61,099 bases of DNA, from positions 1 through 61,099 of the forward strand of contig CAZRJT010000001.1 of the NCBI GenBank assembly GCA_964600585.1, given 5' to 3'. Numbering within the stretch: the stretch's first letter is position 1; each line of letters opens with the position of its first letter. The notes beneath the pieces were generated by a model. That model did not search any database. It had not been told where the DNA came from and worked only from the letters and a program-made list of their open reading frames with translations. Shown here piece by piece: positions 29,504-39,451 of the stretch. Origin of the DNA: an uncultured Bacteroides sp. (lineage in GTDB: Bacteria; Bacteroidota; Bacteroidia; Bacteroidales; Muribaculaceae). Both the position numbers and the translations under genes were made by a program.

Positions 29504-32224
29504 TTAGTGCGACTCGAGATAGCGGTCAAACGACAATCGGTCCATAAGCACCTGGCGTGGCTTTCCACCCTGGGCCGGTCCGACAACGCCTGCGGTTTCA
29601 AGCTGGTCCATTATTTTCCCTGCTCGGGGATAGCCGATGTTATATTTGCGCTGAAGGTTTGATGTTGAGCCTACGCCCGACTCTATGATGGTTATTGCTG
29701 CTCCTTCAAACAATGGGTCACGGTCGGTGAGATTGCCTCCTGACACGGCTCCTTCTGCTGATGCTGGCACATATTCGGGCAATTCGTAGGCTTGATCATA
29801 TCCAATCTGATCGGCGATGTGCTGGCAAATAGCAGTTACTTCGTCGGTGTCGATGAAAGCGCATTGAACGCGGTCAATTATGCCGTCGCGCGAGAACAGC
29901 ATATCGCCTCGGCCTATGAGTTGATTGGCTCCCGGACGATCGATGATAGTTCGGGAGTCGACCATTTGTGTGACGCGGAATGCAACTCGTCCAGGGAAGT
30001 TGGCTTTTATCACGCCAGTTATCACGTTTGTCGAAGGACGTTGAGTGGCCAGAATCATATGTATACCCACGGCTCTCGCTTTTTGGGCGATGCGCGCAAT
30101 CGGAGTTTCCACTTCTTTACCTGAAGTCATAATTAGGTCGGCGAACTCGTCGATTATCACTACGATATAGGGCAGATAGCGGTGTTTCTCAGGGTTCAGC
30201 CGGCGGGCAGTGAATTTTTCATTATAGCTCTTCAAATCTCTCACACCGGCATCCTTCAAAAGATTGTAACGGTTGTCCATCTCTACGCACAGTGAATTCA
30301 GAGTCGGAACCACTTTTGACATATCGGTGATGATTGCCTCTTCTTCGTCGGGCAATTTGGCGAGATAATGGCGTTCAAGCTTGCTGTATAGGCTGAATTC
30401 CACCATTTTGGGGTCGACGAGCACGAACTTTAATTCGGCCGGATGCTTTTTGTAGAGCAAAGAGGCTATTATGGTGTTTAGACCGACAGATTTACCCATA
30501 CCTGTGGCTCCGGCCACAAGTAGATGGGGCATTTTGCATAGGTCGGCCAGATAAACTTCGTTGGAGATTGTGGCGCCCATTGCCATCGGAAGTTCGGCGG
30601 TGGTTTCCTGATAGGTTTTCGATGAGAGTATGCTGCGGATCGACACTGTCTGTGATTCCTTATTCGGAACTTCTATGCCGATAGTCCCTTTTCCCGGCAT
30701 AGGTGCTATGATTCGTATGCCAAGAGCCGAAAGTTTTAATGCAATGTCGTCTTCGAGATTCTTTATTTTATTGACGCGCACTCCTTCTGCCGGAATCACC
30801 TCATAGAGTGTTATCGTCGGGCCTACGGTAGCTTCGATATGTGATATCTCTATGCCATAGGTGTTGAGCATTCGGGTGAATTTATCCTTGTTTTCTTCAA
30901 GTTCCGACATGTCCACTGTGCCGCCTTTGGCCGGACGCTCGTGCAGAAGGTCGATTGGCGGAAAGCGGAAGCGAGAGAGTTCGGCAGTGGGGTCGTATAC
31001 GTCATTTGAAATTTCGTTTTCGTCGATTGTGTCGATTGTCGGGGCGTTAACGGTCATTGTCACCTCGTCGGACGTTTCGTTAAGAGTGAGTGATTCATTT
31101 ACAACCGTATCGGCTATGTCGGCAATTTCGGGCTCGTTCTCAATTGCTTGAGCGGGAGAAGCGTAGTCGACGAATGTTGGCTCCATATCGACTACCGGAA
31201 TTGGGCCTATTTCATCTATCGGCATAGACCTTGGAGAGGTGGGTTTATGTTCCGCAATGTTGTCGATTGATATTTTGGGTTCGGGTGCTGGCGTTGCCTG
31301 AACAGGGGATTGAACTGGCATAGGAGCCTGTGCAGGAGCAGTGGTTGGAGCCGAATCCTTTTTTTCGATGCGTGGATCCATCACAGGGGTGGGGATTGAT
31401 TGGACCCTACGGCGCTCTTCGGCTTTTCGGCGGCGTTCTTCGGCCAATTCCCGTTCTTGTCTCAGGCGCATATTATGGCTGTGTATCCTTCGGGCAAATA
31501 TCTGATAGATGTGACGAATTTGTGATAGGAATATGAGCACTACGGCCGAAACCAATATTATGTTCACTCCAATGGCTCCCCACACTCCGGTGGTTTCGAT
31601 TAAAAGATTATTTATCTGATAACCGTGTTCGCCTCCCCAATAGGTGTATGAAGTGAGGCCATAAGTGGCAAAGCCGGCGAATATTGATACGGTAATGGCT
31701 GAAATCAGTGACTTGAATGTCAATGACCAGAACTTTATCTTTATCATTCGTACCAACGAAAGGCCCAATATGGCGAAATAAGCTATGAGTATGAACGAAC
31801 CAATGCCGAGCCACCGAGATATCAGAAGATTTGATAGGAATGCGCCCAAGGGGCCTCCGGTGTTGCCTATCGATTCTGACGATGCTGCTATGTCGGAAAA
31901 GCTATTGTTTTGAACTATGCTTTGGTCCTGTGCACCATGCGAGAAGTATGATATCGACACAATCAGCATATACACTGATGAAATCAGCAACACAATGCCT
32001 AAGAATATGCCATATTTTTTGTCGAGCTTGGGTGTGGTGCTTTTTGATTGTGACGGTTTAGTGGCTGCACGTTGCGCAGTCGAGTCGTGGGCGGTATTTG
32101 TGTTGACTTGCCGGCGACGATTCGGAGCTTGAGCGTCAGCAGATTCGGCTTGGGTTGCCGAACGCTTTGGCTTTGAAATGATTGTGGGATCGTATGAGTC
32201 AGATGAGATTTCAAATGAGTCCAT
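29504..32224 (-). CDS. ftsK: DNA translocase FtsK
   Basis: 4-TM N-terminus, Pro-rich linker, MPHLLVAGATGMGKS, IDEFAD, LATQRP, and a gamma domain. Confidence 0.96.
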   Translation of the reverse strand: MDSFEISSDSYDPTIISKPKRSATQAESADAQAPNRRRQVNTNTAHDSTAQRAATKPSQSKSTTPKLDKKYGIFLGIVLLISSVYMLIVSISYFSHGAQDQSIVQNNSFSDIAASSESIGNTGGPLGAFLSNLLISRWLGIGSFILIAYFAILGLSLVRMIKIKFWSLTFKSLISAITVSIFAGFATYGLTSYTYWGGEHGYQINNLLIETTGVWGAIGVNIILVSAVVLIFLSQIRHIYQIFARRIHSHNMRLRQERELAEERRRKAEERRRVQSIPTPVMDPRIEKKDSAPTTAPAQAPMPVQSPVQATPAPEPKISIDNIAEHKPTSPRSMPIDEIGPIPVVDMEPTFVDYASPAQAIENEPEIADIADTVVNESLTLNETSDEVTMTVNAPTIDTIDENEISNDVYDPTAELSRFRFPPIDLLHERPAKGGTVDMSELEENKDKFTRMLNTYGIEISHIEATVGPTITLYEVIPAEGVRVNKIKNLEDDIALKLSALGIRIIAPMPGKGTIGIEVPNKESQTVSIRSILSSKTYQETTAELPMAMGATISNEVYLADLCKMPHLLVAGATGMGKSVGLNTIIASLLYKKHPAELKFVLVDPKMVEFSLYSKLERHYLAKLPDEEEAIITDMSKVVPTLNSLCVEMDNRYNLLKDAGVRDLKSYNEKFTARRLNPEKHRYLPYIVVIIDEFADLIMTSGKEVETPIARIAQKARAVGIHMILATQRPSTNVITGVIKANFPGRVAFRVTQMVDSRTIIDRPGANQLIGRGDMLFSRDGIIDRVQCAFIDTDEVTAICQHIADQIGYDQAYELPEYVPASAEGAVSGGNLTDRDPLFEGAAITIIESGVGSTSNLQRKYNIGYPRAGKIMDQLETAGVVGPAQGGKPRQVLMDRLSFDRYLESH

Positions 32225-32401
32225 ATGCAGAGACCGGTCTTGTTGCTGATGTGTGAATGTGTTAGTTTATATTGACAAAGATACGAAAAACAAAAGGAAA
32301 AACAATTTACGACTGTAAACTATTTTCCCCCTTGTGATATTGTTTTACCTAAGTCGCGAGGATTTAGGTTGTAGCCGGAGGGCAAAATGGAAGGCGTGGC
32401 A

Positions 32402-33025
32402 TCAGAACAGATATGCTACACGCAGGTTCCAGGTGCGATTTTGAGCACTGAAGTTGGTTAGAATTTTAGCTTTTAGGGCATAAGTGGCTCCGAGATTGAA
32501 ACCTCCGGTGATTTGCAGGTGTTTGAACAATTCAATGCCGCCTCCAAAATCGAGGCCGACTTCACCTCCGGCATAATCGAGGGCGTTGACCTTGTTATGG
32601 GCAGCCAAAAATCCAAACGACGGGCCGATATACAATAGTGGGGCCAGTTTCTCTTCGAGTCCGCTTAATCGGGTGAATTTGAATCGCAAATGGATCGGAA
32701 GCACGGCATAATGCAAGTAGGTGCGTGTGCGGCCGTAACCTTGTGATGCCCATAATTCCTTTTCGCCAAGATTGAGGGTGGCGCCACGTTGTTCGTAATA
32801 CAAGCCTAAATCAATGCCGAATCCGATGCCGGGAAATATCATTTCACCAACCACACCCCCGGAGAAACCAACGCTTTTGTCGAGGTTGATTATGTCGGTT
32901 TGCTTTAGATGCAAAGAAGATACGTTGGCACCTATCATCGGTCCGAAACGGAATTGCGCGCTTGCGTTTGTCGCGCTTATTATAGCTACCAGCACTATTA
33001 GGCCGGTTAATATTTTACGTATCAT
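32402..33025 (-). CDS. Outer-membrane beta-barrel (porin family) protein
   Basis: Signal peptide ending ASA-Q, FRFGPMIGAN, alternating strands, and C-terminal VAYLF. Promoter TATCTTTG at 33053-33060. Confidence 0.82.
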   Translation of the reverse strand: MIRKILTGLIVLVAIISATNASAQFRFGPMIGANVSSLHLKQTDIINLDKSVGFSGGVVGEMIFPGIGFGIDLGLYYEQRGATLNLGEKELWASQGYGRTRTYLHYAVLPIHLRFKFTRLSGLEEKLAPLLYIGPSFGFLAAHNKVNALDYAGGEVGLDFGGGIELFKHLQITGGFNLGATYALKAKILTNFSAQNRTWNLRVAYLF

Positions 33026-33165
33026 AATCGGTTTGGAAAAACTTAACGGGTGCAAAGATACAACATAAAAGTGAGAATTGCTCGAAAAACGCAAGCCGTT
33101 AGATGTTAAAAGGCGTATAAAATGGCATAATTGTCGCTGTTCTGCCCGCGTTACGGGCGCGGCAT

Positions 33166-33199
33166 AAAAAATGAGAGCGCTCATCAAAAGCGCTCCCAT
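33166..33199 (-). terminator. Terminator closing the oxalate operon
   Basis: Minus strand ATGGGAGCGCT...AGCGCTCTCAT followed by TTTTT. Confidence 0.7.
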
Positions 33200-33394
33200 C
33201 AATCAAAATCAACGTCAAAACTATTGTTATTAGTTCCTTTATATTTTTAATACAGAGTCATTATACGCCGGTTCCCGACAACAGTTTATTAGTGGATTTT
33301 TGTAGTTCGTAAGCCGTCATTGGGAATCCCCGGTCATACGAATCTGAACTATAACTATTATATTTTATTTGTATAATTATATGATTTTTGTTTG

Positions 33395-34387
33395 TTAAAG
33401 GGTTATTCCAGGTATGTGTCCGACGCACAACTGAGTAATCCAAATCCATAGCGGGCAGAACACCATAAACAATATCACCGATATGGCGAGTGAAGATGTG
33501 CCGGTTGCTACGTAAGAGTTGTATTTGTCGGCGATTATGATGCCGGAGAATGCCGGAGGTAGCGCACCTGCAACTACAAGCATTGCCAAATTTTCGGGTG
33601 CCATCTTGAATATCAAACCGGCTATCAGTAGCATGCCCGGCATTACGATGAGCTTAAGTATTACGCCAAGTATACCTTGCCAGTTGATGTTTACTTTTAC
33701 TGCTGAAAGTGTGATACCGGCTGCAAATACGGCCATTGAAGCATTGGCACCTTTTATAAGATCGAACGACGGGCTTGCCCATTTAGGCCAAGGTATTCCG
33801 GCGAACGCCCAGATTACAGCGAGTATCGGGGCCCAGGCCACAGGCTGTGAGAGTGCGTGCAGCACGGGTTTCCAGGGGCTTGGCTTTTTGCCGCCATTTT
33901 GGGATTCGGTCTTTTCGAGTCCGGCATTGATTAGTGATAGTCCGACAGGAATGCCGATTGCGTTCACAACAATTCCCACGATGGCTACGACCAGCGCAAC
34001 GTAAGCGTTTGTGCCAAAAATAGGTTCAAGAATGGCGAATCCGAGGAAGCCGATTGTCGGTGATCCGTTAATCAATGCCATTATGGCGGCATCGACCTGT
34101 GTGACTCCTTGTTTTCTGAAGCCATATTTATAGATGTAGTAGACCAACATAAAGCAGAACATAATCACTACCAATGAAATCAGTGATAGCTTTAAGTCGG
34201 CAACGAGCATCTTACGGTCGGCAGCGACAATTGACACAAACAATGCGGCTGGCAAAGCGAAATCAAGTACTACTTTATTGAATGCTTTGGCATTGTCGTT
34301 TGTGAAAACGCCTTTTTTTCCTGATATGTATCCTGCAAGCATCACCACTATGATTGGGACGATTGCATATAGAATTATGTGTGACAT
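33395..34387 (-). CDS. AEC-family transporter (YfdV-like), putative oxalate/formate transporter
   Basis: About 10 TMs, FNKVVLDFALPAALF, and ALPPAFSGII. Lies directly downstream of oxc, as yfdV does in E. coli. Confidence 0.85.
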   Translation of the reverse strand: MSHIILYAIVPIIVVMLAGYISGKKGVFTNDNAKAFNKVVLDFALPAALFVSIVAADRKMLVADLKLSLISLVVIMFCFMLVYYIYKYGFRKQGVTQVDAAIMALINGSPTIGFLGFAILEPIFGTNAYVALVVAIVGIVVNAIGIPVGLSLINAGLEKTESQNGGKKPSPWKPVLHALSQPVAWAPILAVIWAFAGIPWPKWASPSFDLIKGANASMAVFAAGITLSAVKVNINWQGILGVILKLIVMPGMLLIAGLIFKMAPENLAMLVVAGALPPAFSGIIIADKYNSYVATGTSSLAISVILFMVFCPLWIWITQLCVGHIPGITL

Positions 34388-34501
34388 TTCGACGTTGAAT
34401 TAATAGTGATTAATGAGATTGTCTGATAAAGCTTCGCCGGTAGGCCGGATTGATTAGTGTCTGCCGGCGAAGGTTGTGAATCGTTTACATGATCAGAAAC
34501 A

Positions 34502-36244
34502 TTACACAGTTACGTCAATCAACGTGGCCGGATTGAGGTATCCGATGTGTCCACTCTCTTTGCCCGAGTCAGCGGCAAGCTGTACGTCGATTAGGCATGG
34601 TTTCTTCGATGCGATTGCTTCGGTCAATGCCTGTTGAAGTTCAGCCGGAGTGGTGACGTAATAGGTTTGTGCTCCAAATGCGTCGCCGAGCTTATCGTAG
34701 CGAGCCTTCACATCGAGGGTGGTCGGGGCAGGGTCGCCATCTTTGCTCAGATTTACACCAACACCATTATATATACCTCCGTTGTTGAATATCACAACTG
34801 TTGCAGGAAGATTGAATCGGCAGATTGTGCTGAAATCCATGCCGGAGAATCCAAATGCGCTATCGCCTTCTACTGCCACCACACTCTTGCCGGTGGCTAC
34901 GGCTGCACCAATGGTCGACCCCATGCCCATACCCATTATGGCCCAGGTGGCGCAGTCGATTCGATGGCGCGGAAGGCTCATGTCTACGGAGTCGCGGGTA
35001 TCGTCGAGTGTGTTGGCACCTTCATTCACCAATATGACATCGGGATTGGCTTCAAGCACTTTCTTGACGGCGCTTAATGCGCTCCAATGGGTCATTGGTA
35101 CAGTCTGCGGGGCGAGACGTTCCATGAATTTAGCGTTCTTTTCTTTCGACTGCTGTTGTAATCCTGGAACCCAAGTGGGATCCATTGACATCTTATAGTT
35201 CGGAAGTTTTGCCAATATGGCATCGACCGAACTTTCCAGGTCTCCAATCACCGGGGCTGCGATATGGCGGTTGCAGTCAATCTCTTCAGGGTCGATGTCG
35301 AGCTGAATGAACTGTCCGTCAGGATTCCACTTGCCCTGGCCGCGCGAAAGTAACCAGTTGAGGCGGGCGCCGACGAGCATCACCACATCGGCTTCTTCCA
35401 TTATAGTGCTACGGCACGACAATGCACTCAACGGGTGGTTGTCAGGCAGCAGGCCCTTGGCCATTGACATCGGATAATAGGGTATGCCGGTAGTTTCGAT
35501 GAGCTTTTTGATTTTATCGTCAATCTGTGCATATGCTGCACCCTTACCAAGAAGTATGGCCGGCTTCTTTGCCGATGAAAGCAACTGCAAAGCGCGGTCT
35601 ACCGATTCGGGTGACGGCAGGATTGACGGACATAAATCGACCGGAGTGTGGAAAAGCTTTTCTGCGTCGGCACGATTCATCACTGCGCCAAGACACGGTG
35701 TGGTCACATCGAGATATACGCCGCCAGGACGTCCGGAAATCGCTGCGCGATATGCGCGAGTCACAGCGGTGGGAATATCCTCAGGTTTATTTACTCGATA
35801 TGCGGCTTTTACTACGGGTTTGGCCACATTGAGCTGGTCGAGACCTTCGTATGTGCCTTGCTCCAGATCAATAGGTTCGCGAACGCTCGATCCGCTTATC
35901 TGTATCATCGGGTAGCAGTTGACAGTGGCGTTTGCTGTGGCTGTCAGACCATTCATGAATCCCAAAGACGACACGGTCAGAAGTACGCCTGGCTTTTTTG
36001 TGAGATAGCCATGGGTGGCGGCTGCCATACCTGCCTGCTGTTCATGGCGGAAGCTGATGAAACGTATGCCTTCGAGCTGTGCGATGTAAGCAAATTCGGT
36101 TACAGGAATGCCCACAAGGCCATACATAGTGTCTATCCCGATATTTTTTAACGCACGAGCCAAAATGTACATACCCGTAACCTGGTCGGGATAGTGGGGC
36201 TTTGTGTCGGTGCTGGCCGGCGTTGTTGTGGTAGTGGTTGCCAT
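34502..36244 (-). CDS. oxc: Oxalyl-CoA decarboxylase
   Basis: TPP enzyme: YGLVGIPVT, FRHEQ, NEGANTLD, GDSAFGFSGM...NNGG, and C-terminal GKESGHI. Adjacent to frc. Confidence 0.95.
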   Translation of the reverse strand: MATTTTTTPASTDTKPHYPDQVTGMYILARALKNIGIDTMYGLVGIPVTEFAYIAQLEGIRFISFRHEQQAGMAAATHGYLTKKPGVLLTVSSLGFMNGLTATANATVNCYPMIQISGSSVREPIDLEQGTYEGLDQLNVAKPVVKAAYRVNKPEDIPTAVTRAYRAAISGRPGGVYLDVTTPCLGAVMNRADAEKLFHTPVDLCPSILPSPESVDRALQLLSSAKKPAILLGKGAAYAQIDDKIKKLIETTGIPYYPMSMAKGLLPDNHPLSALSCRSTIMEEADVVMLVGARLNWLLSRGQGKWNPDGQFIQLDIDPEEIDCNRHIAAPVIGDLESSVDAILAKLPNYKMSMDPTWVPGLQQQSKEKNAKFMERLAPQTVPMTHWSALSAVKKVLEANPDVILVNEGANTLDDTRDSVDMSLPRHRIDCATWAIMGMGMGSTIGAAVATGKSVVAVEGDSAFGFSGMDFSTICRFNLPATVVIFNNGGIYNGVGVNLSKDGDPAPTTLDVKARYDKLGDAFGAQTYYVTTPAELQQALTEAIASKKPCLIDVQLAADSGKESGHIGYLNPATLIDVTV

Positions 36245-36357
36245 ATCTATATGTTTTAAACGGACTTACGCAATTCCTGCGAGATGGAGCGTTGCGGCAT
36301 ATGCGCAAGTCCGTTGGATTTTAGTGTTTATGAGATTTCTCTTTCGCTATTAGGCAT

Positions 36358-37674
36358 TTATTTTGACGCCGTAGCGGCGGGCATTGGTGCAGTTGTGCCA
36401 TTCTTAGCGAATTCGGCAATCTGGTCATCGGTATATCCGATTGCCTTCAGCACTTCGGTGGTGTTGCCGCCCAAAGAGGGGCACGGGCCGTAAGAAGGCT
36501 GATAGTTCGACATAGTGAACGGAACACCCACGGTTACGAATTCACCGATTTCACCGCCCTGATTTATGCGAACGAGTGTGTTGCCGTCATAAAGGCTTTC
36601 GTCGCTCATAATTTCTTTGGTTGAAAGCACCGGACCAACCGGAACGCCTGCAGGGCCAAGGATTGATGTCACTTCGAATTTAGTCTTGTCGGCTGTCCAT
36701 TGTCCGATACGCTGATAGATTTCTTGTTTGTGACGGTCACGTGCGTCAGCAGTGTTGAAATCAGGATTTGTCAGCCAATCCTCGAAGCCCATAGCTTTAC
36801 AAGCGGCTTCGAAGTCTTTTGCTCCGCGCTGAAGTATGATGTAGACATAGTTGTTGGCGTCAATTTCTGAATCCATATCGCCGGCGGGCTTACACTTATA
36901 AGTCCAACCAAGGACACCACCACCCTCTATGTTGCCTGAACGAGGCACACAATCGCCGAATTTTCCATTAGGGTACTGCGGGAACTGGGTAAGATAACCT
37001 ATCTTATCGAGTGTCAGCTGGTCGCGGGTCTTTATACGGCACAGATTCAGACATGCATTATGCATCGATTGGTATACGTAAACGCCTTCACCGGTCTTTT
37101 CACGTTGAATAAGGGCTGAAAGCAGGCCAATGAGAAGGTGCATACCTGTATTTGAGTCGCCAAGTGCCGCGCCACTCTGTGTTGGCACATTGTCGGGGCC
37201 TTCAAACCATCCGGTGGTGGAAGCTGCTGCTGCAGTTACCTGAGCTATCGGTTCGTAAGCTTTGAGGTTTGCATATTTTGATGATGCGGGAAATCCTTTA
37301 ATTGTACCATAGATGCAGCGAGGATTAAGTGCGTGCACTGCTTCCCAGCTGAATCCTAGCTTATCCATCGCTCCTGGATGAAGGTTTTCAACAAAAATAT
37401 CAGCCTCCTTAATCAATTTGGTCAGAATTTCTTTGCCGTCAGGAGTTTTGGCATCCAGCGCAAGCGATTTTTTATCACTGTTGAGCTGTAAGAAATAATA
37501 ACTTGGAAGATTTGGGTCGAATTGGAGTTCTTTGCGTGTTGCGTCGCCAACTCCTGGACGTTCGATTTTTATTACGTCGGCTCCAAGCCAGGCTAAAATC
37601 TGTGTACATGAAGGTCCAGATTGAACCTCTGTGAAATCAACTACTTTAATCCCTTGTAGCGGTGCGGTGTTCAT
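36358..37674 (-). CDS. frc: Formyl-CoA:oxalate CoA-transferase
   Basis: Family III CoA-transferase: PLQGIKVVDFTEVQSGPSCTQ, catalytic GDSNTG, and LNLCRIKTRDQ. Confidence 0.95.
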   Translation of the reverse strand: MNTAPLQGIKVVDFTEVQSGPSCTQILAWLGADVIKIERPGVGDATRKELQFDPNLPSYYFLQLNSDKKSLALDAKTPDGKEILTKLIKEADIFVENLHPGAMDKLGFSWEAVHALNPRCIYGTIKGFPASSKYANLKAYEPIAQVTAAAASTTGWFEGPDNVPTQSGAALGDSNTGMHLLIGLLSALIQREKTGEGVYVYQSMHNACLNLCRIKTRDQLTLDKIGYLTQFPQYPNGKFGDCVPRSGNIEGGGVLGWTYKCKPAGDMDSEIDANNYVYIILQRGAKDFEAACKAMGFEDWLTNPDFNTADARDRHKQEIYQRIGQWTADKTKFEVTSILGPAGVPVGPVLSTKEIMSDESLYDGNTLVRINQGGEIGEFVTVGVPFTMSNYQPSYGPCPSLGGNTTEVLKAIGYTDDQIAEFAKNGTTAPMPAATASK

Positions 37675-37727
37675 AGTGTTATATTTTTTAGTATTAAGTT
37701 TCGAATTTTTGGTTCGTTTGACATTAA

Positions 37728-37751
37728 AACATATTATTGGTAAAAAAAGTT
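37728..37751 (-). promoter_or_regulatory. Alternative-sigma-type promoter AAC-N17-TGTT upstream of frc
   Basis: Motif seen directly. No TAnnTTTG lies between frc and the upstream terminator. Confidence 0.4.
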
Positions 37752-37793
37752 GGGAAGAAAGAGAGAAAAATTTGATAAAAATTACGCGGATGT

Positions 37794-37840
37794 AAAAAAT
37801 CAGAGCCGCATAGATGGAATTTATGCGGCTCTGATTTTTT
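37794..37840. terminator. Terminator of the ECF operon
   Basis: AAAAAATCAGAGCCGCATA/TATGCGGCTCTGATTTTTT long inverted repeat. Confidence 0.8.
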
Positions 37841-37885
37841 ATATGACTCTGAGGCTCTCGATAATATGTGGGTCGGTCGTTGATG

Positions 37886-38311
37886 TTACTGTCTATTGTG
37901 TACGATAACTTGGTTGTTAGATTTGATTGTGGATTTGTCGCTGGATATCTTTTCGATAAGGACTATTTTGTCAGGCTTTATGACGATTGTATATTTGTAA
38001 TAGATATTTTTGTTTTCAAATCTTAGATTAAAAACTTGGTTGTCGGTTACGTGATATTTTATTGCGTCTTTTCGGTCTTTCTCAATCGCATCAAGTATTG
38101 ATTGTCTCGCTTTTTTGTCGGACGTGGTGATTATTGTTTTTTGATCTTCCAATTGTTTGGTTTTGGGGTCGCGTGTCTCTGCGTATGTTATGCCATTTGT
38201 CTGGCTACTACGCAGCTGCTCAGTAACTTTCGATAGATTCACTTGGGCTGTTGCCGATATGCCGGCAATAGACAGTGCCGCTGACAGGGCGATTAAATGG
38301 AGATGTTTCAT
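37886..38311 (-). CDS. Small secreted protein in the ECF operon
   Basis: Signal peptide ending ATA-Q; ETRDPKTKQL. Third gene of the sigma operon. Confidence 0.7.
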   Translation of the reverse strand: MKHLHLIALSAALSIAGISATAQVNLSKVTEQLRSSQTNGITYAETRDPKTKQLEDQKTIITTSDKKARQSILDAIEKDRKDAIKYHVTDNQVFNLRFENKNIYYKYTIVIKPDKIVLIEKISSDKSTIKSNNQVIVHNRQ

Positions 38312-38323
38312 AAGTTTTTGGGT

Positions 38324-38899
38324 TTATTGGTTGTCTGAATAAAATTCGGTTATTATGATCTCTCTTATGTCAGGGTCAGGGTATGCCTCGTAAATGCTGT
38401 TTAGCACCACTGTATTTTCATTGTCATACTGGCTCAACTTTTCATCGATTTGCTCACACATTATTTCGAGGCGTTGTATTTCAGGTATGACGACTTTGGG
38501 ATCGGTGATTTTTGTGCCATCGCGCACTATGTAACTTCCATCGTATCGGGCATATAACTCAGCATCATCTGCTTGATTATGCGTCAGACCAATTATGAAT
38601 GATATGCAGATAGACAAAAGAAGTATAGCTATTGCGGCGACGCTAATCCGGCGGATTAACCGGTGATTTAGCCATACATATTTATTGTGTGATGTCGTGA
38701 CAGATGATGTTAGGGTGTTTTCATACCATTTAAACATCGGTCGATAGGCCTCGATGTCTTCGGGCAGATTTGTCTGGCGAAAATAGCAGTACAATGCATT
38801 TTCTTCGTCGAGCGATGTGTCGGCATCGAGAAAACGGCCTATTAATTCCCTCGCTTGCGAATGGGTTATGCCGGATGGATTATGTCGATGTCTGATCAT
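38324..38899 (-). CDS. Putative anti-sigma factor (single TM)
   Basis: ELIGRFLDADTSLDEENALY N-terminal domain, then SVAAIAILLL TM. Overlaps the sigma stop (ATGA). Confidence 0.7.
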   Translation of the reverse strand: MIRHRHNPSGITHSQARELIGRFLDADTSLDEENALYCYFRQTNLPEDIEAYRPMFKWYENTLTSSVTTSHNKYVWLNHRLIRRISVAAIAILLLSICISFIIGLTHNQADDAELYARYDGSYIVRDGTKITDPKVVIPEIQRLEIMCEQIDEKLSQYDNENTVVLNSIYEAYPDPDIREIIITEFYSDNQ

Positions 38900-39414
38900 A
38901 TTGGAAAATTCGTTTGGTCTTGGGTTTCAAAAAATATGTTTTTTACTCTCTGTCGAGCCCGAGAGAGCAATACTCTAACGTTGCTGTTCGATGTGCCGGT
39001 CAGCGATGCGATTTCCTCTAATGTAAAGCCGTCGATATGGCGCATCCTAAGTACGATTTGCTGTGCTTGCGGCAACTGGCTCAATATCTGGTCGATTTCT
39101 GCATCGGTTTCGTTGCTTAATATGTTGTTGTCGGCGTCAAAAGTCTCGTCATATATGTGGTTGGCAACTTCGATTGGCTGTGCCTGGTATGGCCGTTTGC
39201 GGAGTCGATTTATGGCTTCATTGCGGCCGATAACAATGGCTATGGCTGAAATTGACGTGTAGTCGTTGATTTTGTGGCGTAGGGTCCACAGCTTTAAGAG
39301 CGTGTCTTGCGCAACTTCCTCGGCATCGTATTCGTTGGCACAAATCTTTAATGCCATTGAATAGATGTTAGGACGCAAAGCGACTACTTTTATTTCAAAT
39401 TCATTTTTGTCCAT
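38896..39414 (-). CDS. ECF RNA polymerase sigma factor
   Basis: DAEEVAQDTLLKLW, LPQAQQIVL...EEIA...VRVLLSRARQ. Confidence 0.92.
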   Translation of the reverse strand: MDKNEFEIKVVALRPNIYSMALKICANEYDAEEVAQDTLLKLWTLRHKINDYTSISAIAIVIGRNEAINRLRKRPYQAQPIEVANHIYDETFDADNNILSNETDAEIDQILSQLPQAQQIVLRMRHIDGFTLEEIASLTGTSNSNVRVLLSRARQRVKNIFFETQDQTNFPI

Positions 39415-39425
39415 TGTATCTTGTA

Positions 39426-39451
39426 GACGGAAAAACGAGGAATATGTTACA
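39426..39451 (-). promoter_or_regulatory. Autoregulatory ECF promoter TGTAAC-N16-CGTC
   Basis: Lies 11 nt upstream of the ECF sigma start codon. Confidence 0.65.

Noticed and set aside
29416-29601. N-terminal extensions in the ORF track (lolA, porin, lipoprotein, araD, GH43_24, TIGR04076-like)
   Set aside because: They overlap neighbouring genes or promoters; downstream ATGs give proper signal peptides or family starts.
33261-33449. 62-aa minus-strand ORF after the AEC transporter
   Set aside because: It overlaps the transporter out of frame and crosses a very AT-rich spacer; there is no coding evidence.
33166-37840. Oxalate operon as a mobile element
   Set aside because: No integrase, transposase, terminal repeats or target duplication was seen.
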